Source of the DNA: a virus
Reading direction: 5' to 3' (one strand)
Length of the DNA: 64,000 nt
IMG/VR virus record: IMGVR_UViG_3300036820_000010
Span: 20,581 to 84,580 of that record
The position numbers were made by a program, and so were the translations under genes. The notes under the pieces were generated by a model that saw nothing but the letters and a program-made list of their open reading frames with translations, searched no databases and was not told where the DNA came from. Every line of letters starts with the position of its first letter. Within the stretch, counting starts at the first letter, position 1. This document shows positions 1-9,807 of this stretch, piece by piece.

Positions 1-8
1 TACTGATC

Positions 9-2432
9 ATGGGTGCGGTCGCGGCTGCTCCTCTGATCTTCGCCTTAAGCTCAGTTGCCATCGTCCTAGCTACCTTCACTGCAGGTCTGATCGCGGCTAT
101 GGCCGTGATGGCAATCGGGTTCGGGGGCCTTGCCCTACTCGCGGGCGGATTCACTTTCCTAGCCGTATCCATGGGCCATACTGCTGCAACTGCCCAGCAA
201 GTGCAACAGGCCCAGTCGAATTTGACTTCGGCCCAAGCATCTGCTGAGTCAGCCCAGAACTCCTACAACAGTGCAGTCAAAGCCAACGGAGCGAGTTCCT
301 CCCAGGCCGAAATCGCCCTGCAAAGACTCCAAGTCGCCCAATCTAACGTCACCTCGGCCCAGAAGACCCTCAACTCAACTCTCGCCTCCCAGAAGGAAGG
401 GACTTCTCCTGCTATCCTAGCCTTCAAACAATTGCAGGAGGCCTACAAGGGAGTAGCAACTTCCCTGGCCTTGATGAGCCAGGGCCCAGCAGCAGAGATC
501 ATCAACTTCTTGACCACCCTTGCCCCGATGATCGAACAAACTGGCCAAGACCTGGTCACCTGGTTCGGGCCTCGGGTCACTCCCCTGATCAACGCTCTCG
601 GGGTCGGGTTCGAGATACTGCAGAACACTCTAGTCAACCTTGGAAACGTGGTCGGACCCTTCTTCGACCAGGTCCTGTCCGAAACCCCACAATTCTCTGC
701 ACTCCTAGTTGATATGTCGAATATCGGGGTGTCGGCTGTCTCTGGACTTCTAACTAATCTTCTCAACCTCAGCAACTGGTTCATGCAAGAACTGCCTGTC
801 TTCGGACCGATCGTCTCCCAGATCTTCGGAGGGGTAGGGACGATCCTCCAGAATGTCGGTCAGGCCTTCGGACAGATCTCTCTCCAGGTGATCGCCAACT
901 GGCCTCAAGTCGTCAAGACCTTCCAGGAGGTCGGAGATGTCTTAGGCCCGGTTCTCAAGACCATCGGGGGCCTCGGAGACTTCGCTCTCCAACACCTGTC
1001 GGTCGTCACCCCGATCGTCCTCGGATTGGTCGGAGCACTCGTCATCTTGAAGACTACTGTGGCTGCCGTCCAGGCAGGCCAAGCTATCTACAACGCCTAC
1101 CTCGTGATCGCTAAGGTAGCGACCTCCGCCTGGACCGTCGCCCAGGCAGTCTTCAACGGGGTCATGGCACTCGACCCGATCACTCTGATCATCATCGGGA
1201 TCATCGTTCTGATCGCGATCATCATCCTGGTCATCACTCACTGGAAAGAGTTTACTGCTGCTCTCCAAGTCGCCTGGACCTGGTTCACCAACGTCGCCTC
1301 AGTTGTCGAAGATTTCATCAAGACCCACTGGCCTCTGTTTGCTGCTGGACTGGTCACCGTCTTGGGCCCAGTTGGGGCACTGATCGATCTGATTATCTTG
1401 ACTGTAACCCACTTCAACCAACTTAAGACTACTGTTGAGAACGTCATGAGTTCCATGGGTTCTGCGATCGGGGGAGCCTTCTCCCAAATCGGGACCTTCA
1501 TCCACAACGGACTGAAGGACGCCCGCACAGTTTTAGTCGACTTCATCAAGATGGTCGACAATATCCCGGTCATCGGAGGGGCTATCTCGGGAGCGGGATT
1601 GACTCCCTCATCAGTACCTGCCTTCGCCCAGGGAGGATACGTCTCTCAGCCTACTCTCGCTGTAGTTGGAGAGGGAGGTGGCGGAGAGTACATGATCCCG
1701 ACCGGAGCAGGAGCGGGATCTCGTGCTGTCGAATTGTGGAAGAAGGCAGGCGAGGCCTTAGGCATGGGCGCCAACATGACCGTAGGCAGCATCGGTGGAC
1801 AGTGCCTGCAATGGGTATCTGACGTGACCGGATTGTTCTACGGGATTCCCATGGCAAGTGGACTTGCTCCCTACATCAACTCGGCTAGTGCTACTCCGGG
1901 AGAAGTCTTCGTCAGCATGATTCCTCCCTATGGGCATACAGGATTTGTCTTGGGTACTGGGCCTTCTGCTAGTGTCGAGGACTCGAACTGGGTCGCCCCT
2001 TTGACCATCGGGATCCACAAACTCAGCGACATTCCTGACATCGCAGGTTACATCAACCTAGGTAAGTCAGTATCAGGCCTCGCTAGTGCGACCAGCGCTA
2101 CTGGTATCTTCGACATTCCTGCTCTGGTCAAGGGAGTAGTCACTTCTGCCCTTGGAGGCCTAGGCGGATGGGAGGGGGCAGTCGCTAAGGGTGTCGTCAA
2201 CATCAGCGCTGACACCCTGATCAAGAAGTTCGACCGCGGAGGTTCACTGCCTCGAGGCGCATCGATTGCGGTCAACGGGACAGGGTCTGCAGAATCTGTA
2301 CTAGGCCCTCCTGCCGAACAGAAGTTGACGACCATAAACCAACTCCTCACTAGCATCGATAAGACTTTGAAGATGATCTCAGGCCAATCTCCCGCGGGCT
2401 CGAACGAGGCCCAGAAGGCATACGGTGGCTAA
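9..2432 (+). CDS. Tape measure protein (C-terminal part; probably begins upstream of the window) with C-terminal CHAP-like peptidoglycan hydrolase motif
   Basis: Ala/Gly/Leu-rich amphipathic repeats with periodic Trp/Phe; 'PAFAQGGYVSQPTLAVVGEGG' and 'KFDRGGSLP' motifs typical of TMP C-termini; CHAP-like 'GQCLQWV...PYGHTGFV...EDSNW'; directly upstream of tail genes. Confidence 0.85.
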   Translation: MGAVAAAPLIFALSSVAIVLATFTAGLIAAMAVMAIGFGGLALLAGGFTFLAVSMGHTAATAQQVQQAQSNLTSAQASAESAQNSYNSAVKANGASSSQAEIALQRLQVAQSNVTSAQKTLNSTLASQKEGTSPAILAFKQLQEAYKGVATSLALMSQGPAAEIINFLTTLAPMIEQTGQDLVTWFGPRVTPLINALGVGFEILQNTLVNLGNVVGPFFDQVLSETPQFSALLVDMSNIGVSAVSGLLTNLLNLSNWFMQELPVFGPIVSQIFGGVGTILQNVGQAFGQISLQVIANWPQVVKTFQEVGDVLGPVLKTIGGLGDFALQHLSVVTPIVLGLVGALVILKTTVAAVQAGQAIYNAYLVIAKVATSAWTVAQAVFNGVMALDPITLIIIGIIVLIAIIILVITHWKEFTAALQVAWTWFTNVASVVEDFIKTHWPLFAAGLVTVLGPVGALIDLIILTVTHFNQLKTTVENVMSSMGSAIGGAFSQIGTFIHNGLKDARTVLVDFIKMVDNIPVIGGAISGAGLTPSSVPAFAQGGYVSQPTLAVVGEGGGGEYMIPTGAGAGSRAVELWKKAGEALGMGANMTVGSIGGQCLQWVSDVTGLFYGIPMASGLAPYINSASATPGEVFVSMIPPYGHTGFVLGTGPSASVEDSNWVAPLTIGIHKLSDIPDIAGYINLGKSVSGLASATSATGIFDIPALVKGVVTSALGGLGGWEGAVAKGVVNISADTLIKKFDRGGSLPRGASIAVNGTGSAESVLGPPAEQKLTTINQLLTSIDKTLKMISGQSPAGSNEAQKAYGG

Positions 2433-5211
2433 TCCAAATCCCCCGACCCTCAACCAACCATCCCAAGACGGGTTGTTGAGCAACACACTAGGTTCAACGA
2501 CGACGATCGCTGGGAGCAACTCGATCGTCTTCTCGAGTCACTACAAGAACGCAGCAGGATCTTCTGACCCGATCGCCTGTATCCGCGCGATTGTCAAGCA
2601 GACAGCTCAACTCAACTATGACCCGATGTCAGAAGTCATCCTGTGGGACTCAGGCTGGACTGGAATTCCCCCAGTCCAAAGCATTCCGACTGCTTCCAGC
2701 GAGGCAGGCACTCCAATTTCCGGAACTTACAAAGACCGGGTCTACATCATGTTCTCGGGCCAATCAGGGTCGAACGTGGGATCTGGGAACGTCTGGAGTG
2801 CTTCAGTCAAGGGGGGAATGGTTGGGACCTGGAGGCAGGAAAACTCCTTAGGCCCGACTTCTAACTGGTTTCCAACTGGAGCACTCGGGACCTCTACCTA
2901 CCTAGCCGGATGTACTCAACTCGTCGGGTACAAAGGCTGGTTGTACGTCTGTGTAACCCCCCAGGGATCTCCTGGGACTACAGCAGTTCTTCTAGGCGCA
3001 CCCATCAACCTGAACGGGTCCTTGGGCAACTGGGAATTTCTGGCTACCGCACCCTACAACTTGCACTCCAACGGTATGATGTGCGTTGGGCGACCTAACC
3101 GAACGTCTCCATCCCCAACCACAGCACCCGGAAACCTGTTCATCATGGGCGGGTACAACACTTCCGGAAACCAAGTTTCCAACTGTTCATCTTGTTACTT
3201 GAACTCTGATGGAACGTTATCTGCAGGAACCACCGGATCCTGGTTCGCCCAGAGCGCGATGCCAATTGCCCGTCAGAACGGGCAGGTCTACTACGACAAC
3301 AACTACCCTTACATCTACATAGTCGGAGGAGATTCTGGCGCAACTCCGGCCAACCTGACTATCGGGGGTTCGATCAACAACTCCGATATTGTGACCTGGT
3401 CTTCCAACATCACCAACGGAACTTTGGTCGCTAACAAGACCCTAGGCGCACTCGTCGTCACCCTAGGCCCTGACTACGCTACCCACTTCTGGTACCTAGG
3501 CGGGTGCGCGACGACCGCCGGCGCCCAGACATCAACTGTCTACCACACGCAACTAACTTCTCCTGGAGCCTGTACAGGTTGGACTACTGCAGCATTCTCT
3601 CTGCCTCAAGTTCCTACAGCGACCAACTGGGCTCCCCAACTCTGTGCCTGGTCAGGCTCGACACCTGGGGCCTCGGCACCTGGAATCAACCAGTTGGCCT
3701 CACCAGGGACAGTAGGTATCGGAGGAGAGACTGTCTCTGGAGCCTTCCCGGCGACGATCGGGGAAACTGGAGACGCGTCGGGTACGACAGGTGCTCTTCC
3801 CTGGATCGCTTACATGTACCAGGGGTCTACTGTCGAGTCAAACTCTCCCCACTCAACTGTTCCTGCTTCTTGGAAATCAGGCAACGCTCCGGGTTTAGCA
3901 GTCTCAGACCTAGGTGGGTCGACCAAAGCCTCGATTACCAGTAACCTAGATGGGTCGCAAGATATCGAGTTCTGCTTTAGGGGTTGGGGAGGAATCCAGG
4001 CCTTAAGTTCAAACGCTGCCTATGCTGGGGGAGTCCAAGCCCAGAACGGGTACCAGATAGAACTTGAAGTTCAGTATATCTCGATCCAAGGAGGAATCTC
4101 CTCGATCGGGTACGCAATGCTCAACTGCGGGCAAGGCCCAACCCTGTCCAACGTCACCCCAACTGGAACGGTGACCAATGCCCAGCCTACCCTTGGTTTT
4201 GCCTTCATCCAAGGCATCGGGGGCAAGGGTGAGTACACCTACGACATCCAGGTGAAGAATCCCTCAGGCACAGTCATCTTCGACACCGGACTTCTCCACG
4301 ATAACGTCAACTCAATTCAGTTGAAACTAGCCCAGTTACTGGCCAAGTCGACCACCTATACCCTGGTCATCTCTGTCTTCTCCCAGGATACTGTTTACCC
4401 TGGATCCTACAACTACGTTGTCTCAAGTACGACGTTCACGACATCTGCATTCTCGACACCCAGTGCACCGACCGGGTTCACTGCTGTCAAGACCGACACC
4501 AACGGAAGCGTAGCCCTCAACTGGTCGTCGGTCTCAGGGGCCTCCTACTACCGGGTTTACTGGAACCCAGCAAGTACCGGATGGCTACTCTACGCTGACA
4601 ACGTGAGTGGAACCTCCTACACAGCCATGGACAGGCTCCCAGTTGGAATGTCAGTCCAGTGGGCGGTGTCGGCAGTCAATGCAGTCCCAGGCGAGGGTTC
4701 GATGTCTTCGACAGTAACTACTCAACTCTCGCCTGGGTACTGGTCTGCCTACTTGCACGTCGTGGGCAAGGGAACTACTTACGGGATCGCCTCCCAGATC
4801 CAAGACACTCCCAACATCACCGAAACCATCGATTCGACATCTCTCTTGGCCATGGGCCAGGGTGCCCCGATCACCCGCTATGGCGAGAACGACTATCGAC
4901 AGGTCCAAGGCAACGTCCTCCTGATCGACGCTACACCTGCCTCGATCCAGTCTTTTCAGGCAATCATGGACCAGGTCAAGGCAGGAGGGGTTTGCTACTA
5001 CCGAGACGCTATCGGAGGCTGTCTCCCCTGCACCTTCGACAACTCCCAAGGACTGACCATAGTCGGACCTTGGAACCGTCAGATAGCAGTCAAACTCACC
5101 GAAGTAGCCGACCTTTCTGGTCCGTATATCGGGACTGGATACGCAGTCGGGTACCAGACTCTAGTCAACGGAAGAGTCCCACCCATTGCTACTGTCGAGA
5201 GACTACTCTGA
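2425..5211 (+). CDS. Minor tail protein (Kelch/beta-propeller-like repeats, FN3 domain, Dit-like C-terminus)
   Basis: G/S/T-rich 928 aa; Kelch-like 'LFIMGG', 'IYIVGG', 'WYLGG'; FN3-like 'PSAPTGFTA...LNWSSVSGASYYRVY...VSAVN'; follows TMP. Confidence 0.7.
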   Translation: MANPNPPTLNQPSQDGLLSNTLGSTTTIAGSNSIVFSSHYKNAAGSSDPIACIRAIVKQTAQLNYDPMSEVILWDSGWTGIPPVQSIPTASSEAGTPISGTYKDRVYIMFSGQSGSNVGSGNVWSASVKGGMVGTWRQENSLGPTSNWFPTGALGTSTYLAGCTQLVGYKGWLYVCVTPQGSPGTTAVLLGAPINLNGSLGNWEFLATAPYNLHSNGMMCVGRPNRTSPSPTTAPGNLFIMGGYNTSGNQVSNCSSCYLNSDGTLSAGTTGSWFAQSAMPIARQNGQVYYDNNYPYIYIVGGDSGATPANLTIGGSINNSDIVTWSSNITNGTLVANKTLGALVVTLGPDYATHFWYLGGCATTAGAQTSTVYHTQLTSPGACTGWTTAAFSLPQVPTATNWAPQLCAWSGSTPGASAPGINQLASPGTVGIGGETVSGAFPATIGETGDASGTTGALPWIAYMYQGSTVESNSPHSTVPASWKSGNAPGLAVSDLGGSTKASITSNLDGSQDIEFCFRGWGGIQALSSNAAYAGGVQAQNGYQIELEVQYISIQGGISSIGYAMLNCGQGPTLSNVTPTGTVTNAQPTLGFAFIQGIGGKGEYTYDIQVKNPSGTVIFDTGLLHDNVNSIQLKLAQLLAKSTTYTLVISVFSQDTVYPGSYNYVVSSTTFTTSAFSTPSAPTGFTAVKTDTNGSVALNWSSVSGASYYRVYWNPASTGWLLYADNVSGTSYTAMDRLPVGMSVQWAVSAVNAVPGEGSMSSTVTTQLSPGYWSAYLHVVGKGTTYGIASQIQDTPNITETIDSTSLLAMGQGAPITRYGENDYRQVQGNVLLIDATPASIQSFQAIMDQVKAGGVCYYRDAIGGCLPCTFDNSQGLTIVGPWNRQIAVKLTEVADLSGPYIGTGYAVGYQTLVNGRVPPIATVERLL

Positions 5212-5324
5212 TGGACCGTCTAGGATCAGATCTCTTCAAGATCATGACTTGCGGAACGATCCTTGTAGTCATCTTAGTCTTGATCATCATCGGCCTTGGG
5301 ATCACGTTAGTCGCTGTCCACTGA
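5211..5324 (+). CDS. Small single-TM protein (37 aa)
   Basis: MDRLGSDLFKIMTCGTILVVILVLIIIGLGITLVAVH; start overlaps the upstream stop and fills the gap between tail genes. Confidence 0.5.
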   Translation: MDRLGSDLFKIMTCGTILVVILVLIIIGLGITLVAVH

Positions 5325-5325
5325 G

Positions 5326-6495
5326 ATGCTGCAGATCGGACCGGTTACTTCACTCGCTGGGACCTCGTACTCTCAATCCCAAATCCTCCAGGCAGTCTTC
5401 GGGCCTTCACTTAAACTCGGGTGGAGATTCGACCTACTCTACCCTGACCTGTCCTACAAGGCAGACCTGACTGCATTAGTCGATCCCTCCCTACAACCCC
5501 CGACGATCACCTACGACTCGACCCAAGCCGTCAAAGAGTCACTCTCGATCCAGATGCGACCCTCCCCGGTCGCCAACGTCTTGCAGGACCTAGTCAGGGT
5601 CAGATTCTTGGTTTTTACTCAAGATGGATCCCACTGTGAGTGGCCGATCGGGATCTATTCTCTAGTCCCCCCAGTCAAGAACATCTACGACGGCTACACC
5701 TGGTGGCAGATGTCCTGTCCTGACCTGTCTCAGGTCTTGGCTGACGCCGCATTCTCTGTCTCAACAGCAGTTGATGCTGGAGTGTCTTACTCGACTGCGA
5801 TCGCCATCTTCTGTGCTACTTATGGAGGCTTGACCCCACTCTCTACCTACATCCCGAATCCCAGCGTAGGGTTGCCATCATCGCAGACCTGGACCTCAGG
5901 AACATCCTACCTCACCGCGATCAACAACCTACTGACTGCAGTCAACTACAAGAACGCCTGGTTGGAAGGCAACATGCTGACCGCGAGTGTGATGCCCGAT
6001 TACAACACCGCATCTCCGGTCTTGCTGTTGGACGCTACCGCGGCCGGGAACACCAACGCGCGGATACCCATCTTCGCCCCTCTGAAAGAGACTCCGGACC
6101 TCAGTAACGCCTACAACCAGATCTTGGTCACCGGACAGGATCCTTCCAACAACCCTATCTCCGCCTACTACGAGAACAACCGCCCTGACTCCGAGATCTC
6201 GACCGTCAACTGGCATCCCCGCCTGCAGGTCATCAACAACTCCGCGATCGCTAACCAAGCAGCCGCCTACGCTATGGCCATCACCCAAGCCCAACTCGCT
6301 GCCCAGGTCTACTCCCAACTGCAGGTCGAGACAGTACCCTTCCCTTTCTTCGGAGACCTAGATGTCATTCAGTTCACCTACAACTCCCAGGATGAGGGAA
6401 CTGTACAGTACAACTACGTAGTCGTCAAAGCCTCCCACGTCTGTGCTGCGAGTCAACCGACTACTTTGACCCTGCAGAGGATAGTCAACGCATGA
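5326..6495 (+). CDS. Minor tail / baseplate hub (Tal-like) protein
   Basis: Position after the Dit-like gene; 'AYNQILVTG' and 'PFFGDLDVIQF' resemble siphovirus hub proteins. Confidence 0.65.
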   Translation: MLQIGPVTSLAGTSYSQSQILQAVFGPSLKLGWRFDLLYPDLSYKADLTALVDPSLQPPTITYDSTQAVKESLSIQMRPSPVANVLQDLVRVRFLVFTQDGSHCEWPIGIYSLVPPVKNIYDGYTWWQMSCPDLSQVLADAAFSVSTAVDAGVSYSTAIAIFCATYGGLTPLSTYIPNPSVGLPSSQTWTSGTSYLTAINNLLTAVNYKNAWLEGNMLTASVMPDYNTASPVLLLDATAAGNTNARIPIFAPLKETPDLSNAYNQILVTGQDPSNNPISAYYENNRPDSEISTVNWHPRLQVINNSAIANQAAAYAMAITQAQLAAQVYSQLQVETVPFPFFGDLDVIQFTYNSQDEGTVQYNYVVVKASHVCAASQPTTLTLQRIVNA

Positions 6496-7172
6496 ACCCT
6501 CTGACTAACTCGAAGGCAGTATCCCGGCAGTTCCTAGACAAACGGGATAAGATCAAAAACAACCTGAATGCTGGGCGCTTCTTTCAGGGAATCATCGCTG
6601 GAGTAAACTACTCAGCATCACCTTTCCTAGTTCAAATTCAGCACATCGGTGAACCTGCAGTCGCCAAAGGTTGGCACGCTGTTGGAAGCACAACCTACTA
6701 CCCGATCGTTGGAGACAGGGTACAGATGGTCTGGCAGGACGAAGAAAAGGCCCAAGCCGTATGGCCGATCGGGAACCCGGGCAGAACATCAAGGATGTTC
6801 AAGACGAGTGCCCAAGTTCTTGCCTCTGGGGAAAACTTCGTTCAGTTTGATTCCGTAAGTACCGACCAGATGGGCATTGCCTCGACCATTTCCTCTGGGT
6901 TCATCATTGTTGCCCCAGGACAGTACAAAGTTGCCGGGGCCTGTGCAAGTGCGACAGGATCATCAAGATGGTTGGTCTCTATCTACCAAAACGGAACTGA
7001 GGTTGCCCGCCTACAGGACGTCGGGTCTTCAGCGTTCAACGCAGGATCTGGAACTGCAACCTTGATCTGCCAGACAGGTGACCTCATCCAACTCGGGATC
7101 TATTCTGGGACATCAGTTAACCTGCAAACAGCATCTGGAACCAACTTCTTCGAGATCATCTGGGCACCTTAG
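6492..7172 (+). CDS. Tail fibre / receptor-binding protein with C1q/TNF-like C-terminal domain
   Basis: N-terminal 'YYPIVGDRV' OB-like motif; C-terminal 'FIIVAPGQYKV...IYQNG...GDLIQL' C1q-like pattern. Confidence 0.6.
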   Translation: MNPLTNSKAVSRQFLDKRDKIKNNLNAGRFFQGIIAGVNYSASPFLVQIQHIGEPAVAKGWHAVGSTTYYPIVGDRVQMVWQDEEKAQAVWPIGNPGRTSRMFKTSAQVLASGENFVQFDSVSTDQMGIASTISSGFIIVAPGQYKVAGACASATGSSRWLVSIYQNGTEVARLQDVGSSAFNAGSGTATLICQTGDLIQLGIYSGTSVNLQTASGTNFFEIIWAP

Positions 7173-7181
7173 AATGAAGGC

Positions 7182-7514
7182 ATGTCCGCAGGCACCTGGT
7201 CCCTATACCTAGATCCCAGGAACCGAGCAGTTGTCACTGCAGGCCCCCCAGGGTCTGACTTTCTCAACACCCAAGACCTGGTCGAATTCGACACAGATTC
7301 TGAGACCTTCAGGGTAGAGTACCAAGAATCTTGGGCAGAAGCCCAAGCCTCAGGCCAGGACCTGTCAGTAGCCGAAGACGGGACAACGACTATAGTCCCC
7401 CACCTCCCGACTGCTTCTGACCTCAAGGTCGCCCGCCTGAGAAACTTCCTGAATCACCCTAACCCGCAGTTGGGAGATGTCATCTCGATACTCAAAGATC
7501 AGTTAGGAGGTTGA
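7182..7514 (+). CDS. Hypothetical tail-associated protein (possible fibre chaperone)
   Basis: ORF in the tail operon directly after the RBP-like gene. Confidence 0.5.
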   Translation: MSAGTWSLYLDPRNRAVVTAGPPGSDFLNTQDLVEFDTDSETFRVEYQESWAEAQASGQDLSVAEDGTTTIVPHLPTASDLKVARLRNFLNHPNPQLGDVISILKDQLGG

Positions 7515-7515
7515 G

Positions 7516-7824
7516 ATGGCATCTGGAGATTGGGTGACTGGATCCTACATCGTCATCTTGAGTGGATCCTTGCCCGAACTAGCCGCAGGTGAAGCAGGCG
7601 CTGCCGAAGTAACCTACAACATCGTCCTGCCTTCTGGGGGAACTGTCCTGAACGGAGGCTCCTCCGGACTAGCCCCCTTCTCATACCAGGCTGACGACAC
7701 CCAACCCATCTCATCAGGAGCCATGGCACTCGTCGTCGCCTTAGCCCAGCATGAGAACCTACCTGTCCACCTGACGACCACCATTGTCAACCCTGACGGG
7801 ACGACTTCCCCGATCACGTCATGA
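7516..7824 (+). CDS. Hypothetical protein
   Basis: RBS AGGAGG; tightly coupled ORF. Confidence 0.55.
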   Translation: MASGDWVTGSYIVILSGSLPELAAGEAGAAEVTYNIVLPSGGTVLNGGSSGLAPFSYQADDTQPISSGAMALVVALAQHENLPVHLTTTIVNPDGTTSPITS

Positions 7825-8246
7825 ACTCGACAGTTATCTCGTCTGCTATCTTTGCTGCAGCGGCTGTCGTTATGGGACTTGCTACTACTCTTGAAGCGTA
7901 TCGAGCGGTGGTCATCACTGACCCGTTCCGGGGCCTAGCCTCACTCGCCTTTCTGGTCTTAACTGTAACCCTGGGCTACGAAGCCTTCGCCATCGACGAG
8001 AACAAACCCAAGATCTTCCCAACCATCTCAAGGGAAACTGCACTTGCCTTCGCCAAGTTCCCGGGTATCGGACTGGTAATTATCGGGGTGGTCATGATCA
8101 CTGCGGGAGCACTCTTCAAGCACTTCACCCAGCAAGACACGAAAGTCTTAGGTCAGTACACAGGCTGGATCGTCATTGGGGTAGCATGCGTCGAGATCAT
8201 CGTCGGAGGAATTCTGACAACTGTAACCCATTGGCAGGCACTGTAG
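7821..8246 (+). CDS. 4-TM membrane protein
   Basis: Four hydrophobic segments; ATGA overlap. Confidence 0.65.
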   Translation: MNSTVISSAIFAAAAVVMGLATTLEAYRAVVITDPFRGLASLAFLVLTVTLGYEAFAIDENKPKIFPTISRETALAFAKFPGIGLVIIGVVMITAGALFKHFTQQDTKVLGQYTGWIVIGVACVEIIVGGILTTVTHWQAL

Positions 8247-8256
8247 GTGAACGCGG

Positions 8257-8604
8257 ATGCCGGAAGCCCTGAACTTAACTGGACTGATCAACGATGGGGG
8301 GTGGGTCTTCGCGACCATGGAGGCTATGGTCCTCCTGTATGCCTTCCTGAATGGACGAGTCGTCCAGGGGAGACTGTTCGATAGATCCCAAGGCCAGATC
8401 GACAAGATTCTGCCCGCCTTGACTTCTGTAACAGCTACACTCAAGGACGCGACTCAACTCCTCTCCCAAGTCTCTACTAGACTAGCAGCACTCGAAGCCC
8501 GAATGACGGGGACAGAAAAGAACCTCGCCAACCTAGACGGTGATATAGGCGATATGAGAGTGAACGCCGACCTGCCTTATCGAGGCCCCAGGCGAGGTGA
8601 CTGA
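8257..8604 (+). CDS. Holin-like single-TM plus coiled-coil protein
   Basis: N-terminal TM followed by an amphipathic helix; upstream of the endolysin. Confidence 0.55.
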   Translation: MPEALNLTGLINDGGWVFATMEAMVLLYAFLNGRVVQGRLFDRSQGQIDKILPALTSVTATLKDATQLLSQVSTRLAALEARMTGTEKNLANLDGDIGDMRVNADLPYRGPRRGD

Positions 8605-8762
8605 TGGGACTCTTCTCTTGGTGGAAGGAGTTGACTAAAGATCTCCAGTCCAACAGGGAGCAGTCCCTAGAAGAACATGAGAAGAAGATCTCGTCTGCCT
8701 TATCCCAAGCAGACAGGGTAGCCAAAGAATACCGTGAGATGGAAGAGGCACTTAAGAGATGA
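8604..8762 (+). CDS. Small helical protein (52 aa), paralog of 9139..9345
   Basis: MGLFSWWKELTKDLQSNREQSLEEHEKKISSALSQADRVAKEYREMEEALKR; coupled at both ends; below the ORF-track cutoff. Confidence 0.6.
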   Translation: MGLFSWWKELTKDLQSNREQSLEEHEKKISSALSQADRVAKEYREMEEALKR

Positions 8763-9148
8763 GCAAGAGGATCATCTGGCCGACAGGGATCTTACTCCTG
8801 TCCTCGATTGTTCTCCTTACCATCTACAAGTATCTAGGAGCAGTCCTAGTCGACCACGTTGTTGGAGGGATGATCATCATCATTGCCCTCGCTGACATCG
8901 TCATCTGGATTCTCTACTACATCACCTGGAGACAGCATCGAGACGTCGCCTTCCTAGAAGGTGAAGTCGCCCGTTTGACCTTGACCGTAGAAGGGGCGAT
9001 TATGTTGGGTGGAGTAGGGGTGAACATCTATTTTCAGCATATCCTTCCCCCAGGTCTATCAGGAGTTTTGCTAGTACTAGGCCTGATCGCGATGAGCTAC
9101 GCTCCCCTATTCCTCCTCATCCAGTACGTGAGGGCGGGGTGGGCGTGA
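8759..9148 (+). CDS. 4-TM membrane protein
   Basis: Hydrophobic segments; coupled start. Confidence 0.65.
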   Translation: MSKRIIWPTGILLLSSIVLLTIYKYLGAVLVDHVVGGMIIIIALADIVIWILYYITWRQHRDVAFLEGEVARLTLTVEGAIMLGGVGVNIYFQHILPPGLSGVLLVLGLIAMSYAPLFLLIQYVRAGWA

Positions 9149-9345
9149 CTCTGACCATGAACTTCAAACGCATCCTACTGCGAGTTTCAGGTAGACAGAT
9201 GAGGACGAAGTTAGATGAGAATGATAGAAAAGCCCAGGAAGCAATCAAGGAAGCCAAGAGAGTAGAAGCACTCTACAACCAATTCAAACTAGAACAGTTA
9301 GTCCAAGAAGTTCGTCGGAATGCGGACAAAGGGAATTTTGAGTGA
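9139..9345 (+). CDS. Small helical protein (likely start ~9157)
   Basis: 'LDENDRKAQEAIKEAKRVEALY' resembles the 8604..8762 product. Confidence 0.55.
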   Translation: MGVTLTMNFKRILLRVSGRQMRTKLDENDRKAQEAIKEAKRVEALYNQFKLEQLVQEVRRNADKGNFE

Positions 9346-9351
9346 ACTAGC

Positions 9352-9750
9352 ATGGGATTCCCTCAAATCTTCATCGACGTCTTTACGGTCATATTCCTGA
9401 TTGCAGTCATTTCTCTGATCATCTTCTCTTCTGCTGAAGTCTATGATGGAACCAAGACTCTGTATGCCATAGTCAAGACAAAAGCAGAATATTCCCTCTC
9501 TGATTTTCATGGAATGATCTGGTGGTGCCGAGTTCTACGCTGGGGAGGAGTATCCAATCTAGCCTCTACCTTCCTCATGATCCTAGCCGGGATCCTAGAT
9601 GCTAGGATCGCCGACAGCGTGCCCCTAGCCGACACCTTCCCTATTGTCTTATCCAACTTTTCACTAGAACTGTTCATGCTGATCATGGCCGGACGCTCTG
9701 CCTTGTTCGTGATCGCGCGGCGGATACTGTACCCAGTAAAGGAGAAATAA
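9352..9750 (+). CDS. 3-TM membrane protein
   Basis: Three hydrophobic segments. Confidence 0.6.
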   Translation: MGFPQIFIDVFTVIFLIAVISLIIFSSAEVYDGTKTLYAIVKTKAEYSLSDFHGMIWWCRVLRWGGVSNLASTFLMILAGILDARIADSVPLADTFPIVLSNFSLELFMLIMAGRSALFVIARRILYPVKEK

Positions 9751-9807
9751 CTGATATGGGTTTTCCATGGTGGTGGTTCTTGACCGTGATGATGAGGGAA
9801 TGGTCGT

